From: the human T2T-CHM13v2.0 reference genome, Homo sapiens
Assembly (NCBI RefSeq): GCF_009914755.1
Contig: NC_060946.1
Length of the DNA stretch: 64,000 nt
Strand: one strand, 5' to 3'
Shown piece by piece: positions 59,339 to 64,000 of the stretch. Position 1 is the stretch's first letter, and every line of letters starts with the position of its first letter. The position numbers were made by a program, and so were the translations under genes. The notes below the pieces were generated by a model, which made no database searches, was not told where the DNA came from, and worked only from the letters and a program-made list of their open reading frames with translations.

Positions 59339-60948
59339 TATCATGAAAATGGCCATACTGCCCAAAGTAAATTATAGATTCAATGTTATTCCCATCAAGC
59401 TACCATTGACTTTCTTCACAGAATTAGAAGAAACTACTTTAAATTTCATATGGAACCAAAAAGAGCCCATATAGCCAAGAAAATCCTAAGCAAAAAGAAC
59501 AAAGCTGGAGGCATCATGCTACCTGACTTCAAATTATGCTACAAGGCTACAGTAACCAAAACAGCATGGTACTGCTACCAAAATAGATATATAGACCAAT
59601 GGAACAGAACAGAGGCCTCAGAAATAACACCACACATCTACAACCATCTGATCTTTGACAAACCTGACAAAAACAAGCATTGAGTAAAGGATTCCCTATT
59701 TAATAAATGGTGCTGGGAAAACTGGCTAGCCATACGCAGAAAACCGAAACTGGACCCCTTCCTTACACCTTATACAAAAATTAATTCAAGATGGATTAAA
59801 GACTTAAATGTAATACCTAAAACCATAAAAACCCTAGAAGAAAACCTAGGCAGTACCATTCAGGCCATAGGCATGGGCAAAGACTTCATGACTAAAGCAC
59901 CAAAAGCAATTGCAACAAAAGCCAAAATAGACAAATGGGAACTAATTAAACCAAAGAGCTTCTGCACAGCAAAAGAAATTGTCATCAGAGTGAACAGGAA
60001 ACATACAGAATGGGAGAAAATGTTTCCAATCTATCCATCTGACAAAGGTTTAATATCCAGAATCTACAAGGAACTTAAAACAAATTTACAAGAATAAAAC
60101 AACCCCATCAAAAAGTGGGCAAAGGATATGAACAGACACTTCTCAAAAGAAGACATTTATGCAGCCAACAAACATATGAAAAAAAGCTCATCATCACTGG
60201 TCGTTAGAGAGATGCAAATCAAAACCACAATGAGATACCATCTCATGCCAGTTAGAACGGAAATCACTAAAAAGTCAGGAAACAACAGATGCTGGAGAGA
60301 ATGTAGAGAAATAGGAATGCTTTTACACTGTTGGTGGGAGTGTAAATTAGTTCAACCATTGTGGAAGACAGTGTGGCAATTCCTCAAGGATATAGAACCA
60401 GAAATACCATTTGACCAAGTAATCCCATTACTGGGTATATATCCAAAGGATTATAAATCATTCTATTATAAAGACACATGCACACATATGTTTATTGCAG
60501 CACTATTTACAATAGCAAAGACTTGGAACCAACCCAAATGCCCATCAATGATAGACTGGATAAAGAAAATGTGGCACATATACATCATAGAAAACTATGT
60601 ACCCATGAAAAATAATTAGTTCATGTCCTTTGTAGGAACATGGATGATGCTGGAAACCATCATTCTCAGCAAACTAACACAGGAACAGAAAACCTGTGTT
60701 ATGTATGTTCTCACTCATAAGTGGGAGTTGAACAATGAGAACACATGGAAACAGGAAGGGGAACATCACACACTGGAGCCTGTAGGGGGGTGGGGGGCAA
60801 GGGAAGGAATAGCATTAGGACAAATACCTAATGCATGTGGGGCTTAAAACCTAGATGATGGGTTGATGGTTGCAACAAACCACCATGGCACATGAACAAA
60901 CCTGCACTTTCTGCACATGTATTCCAGAACTTAAAGTATTAAAAAAAA
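59339..60948 (+). mobile_element. 5'-truncated primate L1PA (L1PA7/8-like), sense orientation in HORMAD2 intron 3
   Basis: ORF2 C-terminal peptides ([17 protein letters not shown]), 3'UTR, polyA; 16-bp TSD AAAAAGCTGGATTGTG at 59323-59338 and 60949-60964, preceded by TT (canonical TT/AAAA site). Confidence 0.95.
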
Positions 60949-61112
60949 AAAAAGCTGGATTGTGAATCTTGTTGACTTGTCACTAAAATAGGAACTGTCA
61001 TTTGGAAAATAAACATAGAGAGCTACAAGTTGCCTTGTAAGATGTTATTTTTCAAAATCTAATTTTAAATTTCTTACATCTGTATTTAATGATATACCTT
61101 GGCCTCATTTCA

Positions 61113-61430
<318 letters not shown>

Positions 61431-62788
61431 TTATCTTAAGTAATGTAAGAGCATCAATAAAATGCATGTGTGCTATAAGCACATAAACATGATATTTGCA
61501 ATCATGACAACCTCATTTGTATTATGACATCTTTTGGTCTATGAGATACAAACTTGTAATAGTGAATGTGTTTATATCTAACATATATTTGTAATTTTCC
61601 CTCTTGTCTAGAACATAGAATTGAGAAAGACATATTTTTGATAATAAGCACATATTGTGTGCCAGTCACTACCCTAGGCAACGGCAATGATACCATTCCC
61701 TATAGCTTTATTTTTTGTGACAGTTATTGTGGAAGTTTTATGTCTCCCTTTCAATGTTTGTTCTTAAAGTAATATACATCATAAAAATGCTTAATACTCC
61801 TGTGTCACTCTCTTGTAATTTCTGAATGTTATATCAACATGGGATAATTTTCATATCCCTCAATAGAGATACAGGTAACATCAATTTTAGTATAGGAAAA
61901 CAATACGAAAAGGTGAAGTTGCTTATGCAAAATCACACATAAATCAGTGATTGATCTTGGACTACTTTAAACCAAAACTCTATTTATTTATTTTGAGAGG
62001 GAGTCTCATTTCATTGTCCGGGCTGGAGTGTGGCGGCATGATCATTACAGGATTACAGCTTCGACCTTCCAGCCTCAAGTGATCCTCCTGCCTCAGCTTC
62101 CTGAGTAGTTGGGAGTATAGGCATGTGCCACTATGCCCAGATAATTTTTTTAATTATTTTTTTTAGAGGTGAGGTTTCACTAGGTTGCCCAGGCTGGTTT
62201 CGACGTCCTAGGCTCAAGCAATCCTTCTGCCTCAGCCTCCCAAAGTGCTGGGATTACAGGTGTGAGCCACCACACCCGGCCTAAACCCAAACTCTTAATA
62301 TGATATTCCTATTCTTCTTAAGTATAAAAAGGTAGATTTCGGATAAAATAAATATTTGAGAATAATCCGTGTGAAATTTTTTATTCCTTCCTTTTCAATG
62401 AGAGGGAGAGAAATAACAGGGAAATGACTGATATTTAGGTGTATATTTTAAGTTGGTCAATGGAGATAGTCTCAATACTACCTCATAATTACTTAGAATT
62501 CTACAGCGGCAAAGAAAGGACACAAATTGATTTTGGAGCCAACTCAGTTGTGCTACATTGTAGAAGGGGGAAAATCCTTACTGTAATCGAAATTGAGACC
62601 AAGCTACTTCTTAACATAGGATTTATTTTTAAAGTAGATGTTTAGAGATCCAAAATGTTTTTATAAGCTATAAAACTAAATAAATTACATAAATAAAATA
62701 GTTAAAGGAAATACCCTATTTAGCATGGACAATTTCAGTACAGCAGTCATTTAGTAGATAAAAATAGACTGTGTTTCTGTTTTTGTAG

Positions 62789-62852
62789 ACCTCAGTTTAA
62801 AAATCCTCCGAGAAGATAAAAAATGTCCCGGGTCACTGCATATTATCAGATG
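62789..62852 (+). CDS. HORMAD2: HORMAD2 exon 4 (64 nt), (D)[20 protein letters not shown](W)
   Basis: Acceptor tttctgtttttgTAG, donor ATG/GTAAGT; phase 1 to 2 fits neighbours. Confidence 0.96.
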
Positions 62853-62998
62853 GTAAGTAATAGAAATTCTATAAAAGTTGAACAACATTATTTTTATCAT
62901 GGCTGAAATTACCCATAAGACTTTATTTAGTAAGATCATTTTTTAAAAAACCATTTCTTCTTTTCTACTTTCCCTCTTTCTTTTTCTTTTTCTGTTTT

Positions 62999-63139
<141 letters not shown>

Positions 63140-63750
63140 TAGCTGGGACTACAGGTGCATGCCACCACGCTCAGCTAATTTTTGTATTTTTAGTAGAGAC
63201 AGGGTTTCACCATCTTGGCCAGGATGGTCTCGATCTCTTGACCTCATGATCCAACCACCTTGGCCCCCCAAAGTGCTGGGACTACAGGTGTGAGCCACTG
63301 CCCTGACCTACTTTCCCTCTTTCTTTTTAAAAATAATTTTCTAGGAATTTGTAAGAATTATTCAATATAATTTTAAGACACTGATTTAGCTTTTTGAAAG
63401 AAAATTGACTTGTATAAAAATAAAAACTGTGATAAAATATTAAATATATACACCTATTATGTACCCACACAGATTTTAAAAATTGATAATTCATCATATG
63501 TGTGTCAGTGTACTAAACATGGGATCCAAAAAAATTTGGTTCACTACCACAAAATAGCTCACTATTACTTATAAAGGTCTATCATCATATTAAAAGTTGC
63601 TGGAAGTTTAAAAAAATGATTAAATGGGAAAGGTAAGATGGTTATCAACTTAATGTACATCAAAGCAAAAAGTGCAAATGAATTCTGTACTTGGAATTTT
63701 TTTGGATTTGCATATGGTCCAATTGACATCAAACATTTATTTCTTGACAG

Positions 63751-63787
63751 GATTCAAGGTTGTTTTGATGCTTTGGAAAAGAGATAC
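63751..63787 (+). CDS. HORMAD2: HORMAD2 exon 5 (37 nt), (W)IQGCFDALEKRY
   Basis: Acceptor tttatttcttgaCAG, donor TAC/GTAAGA; HORMA motif GCFDALEKRY. Confidence 0.96.
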
Positions 63788-64000
63788 GTAAGAATGTTTT
63801 TACACTTACACTGGAATCAAAGGCTTGTCTTTTATTCTTTAAAAAAAGAAATTAGACATTTATTTTGTTTTTGTGTTTAACAGTATAAGTGTCTACGTTT
63901 GCATCCATAAACTAATTTCTTATCTTATGTCTTTATTGTCCTGTTGTTGTCTCCTTTGCATCAATTAGAAAGAAAACTCATTTTTTCTCTTTTACATACT

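Noticed and set aside
59450-60847. ORFs resembling the L1 ORF2p C-terminus
   Set aside because: Broken ORF2 of a 5'-truncated L1PA; not an intact gene

Overview
Hominid (human-like) genomic DNA, recognisable as the chr22q12 interval between MTMR3 and HORMAD2. The right third holds the CpG-island promoter, non-coding exon 1 and coding exons 2-5 of the meiotic HORMA-domain gene HORMAD2 (+ strand). At the left is a full-length processed calponin-2 pseudogene (CNN2P1, - strand, 11-bp TSD). Most of the rest is transposon-derived: about 50 Alus, several old L1s, one L1PA, two SVAs, and MaLR/ERV LTRs. The main discovery is that the short unique islands between the repeats on the - strand (about 38.6 kb down to 3.2 kb) form a chain of about 10 exons with canonical AG/GT sites. 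Six consecutive exons splice in frame, giving about 297 codons with only 2 stops. This looks like a large fossil (unitary pseudo-) protein-coding gene lying head-to-head with HORMAD2, where the lncRNA HORMAD2-AS1 is known to lie, with three TSD-flanked Alus inside its old exons. Other oddities: a 267-bp inverted templated duplication inside a (TA)n tract, two near-identical SVAs 7,061 bp apart with different TSDs, and a triplet of POU/Oct dimer-type sites plus a MYB site at the HORMAD2 promoter. Repeat boundaries without a stated TSD are approximate, and subfamily calls are from memory of consensus sequences, not from a search.
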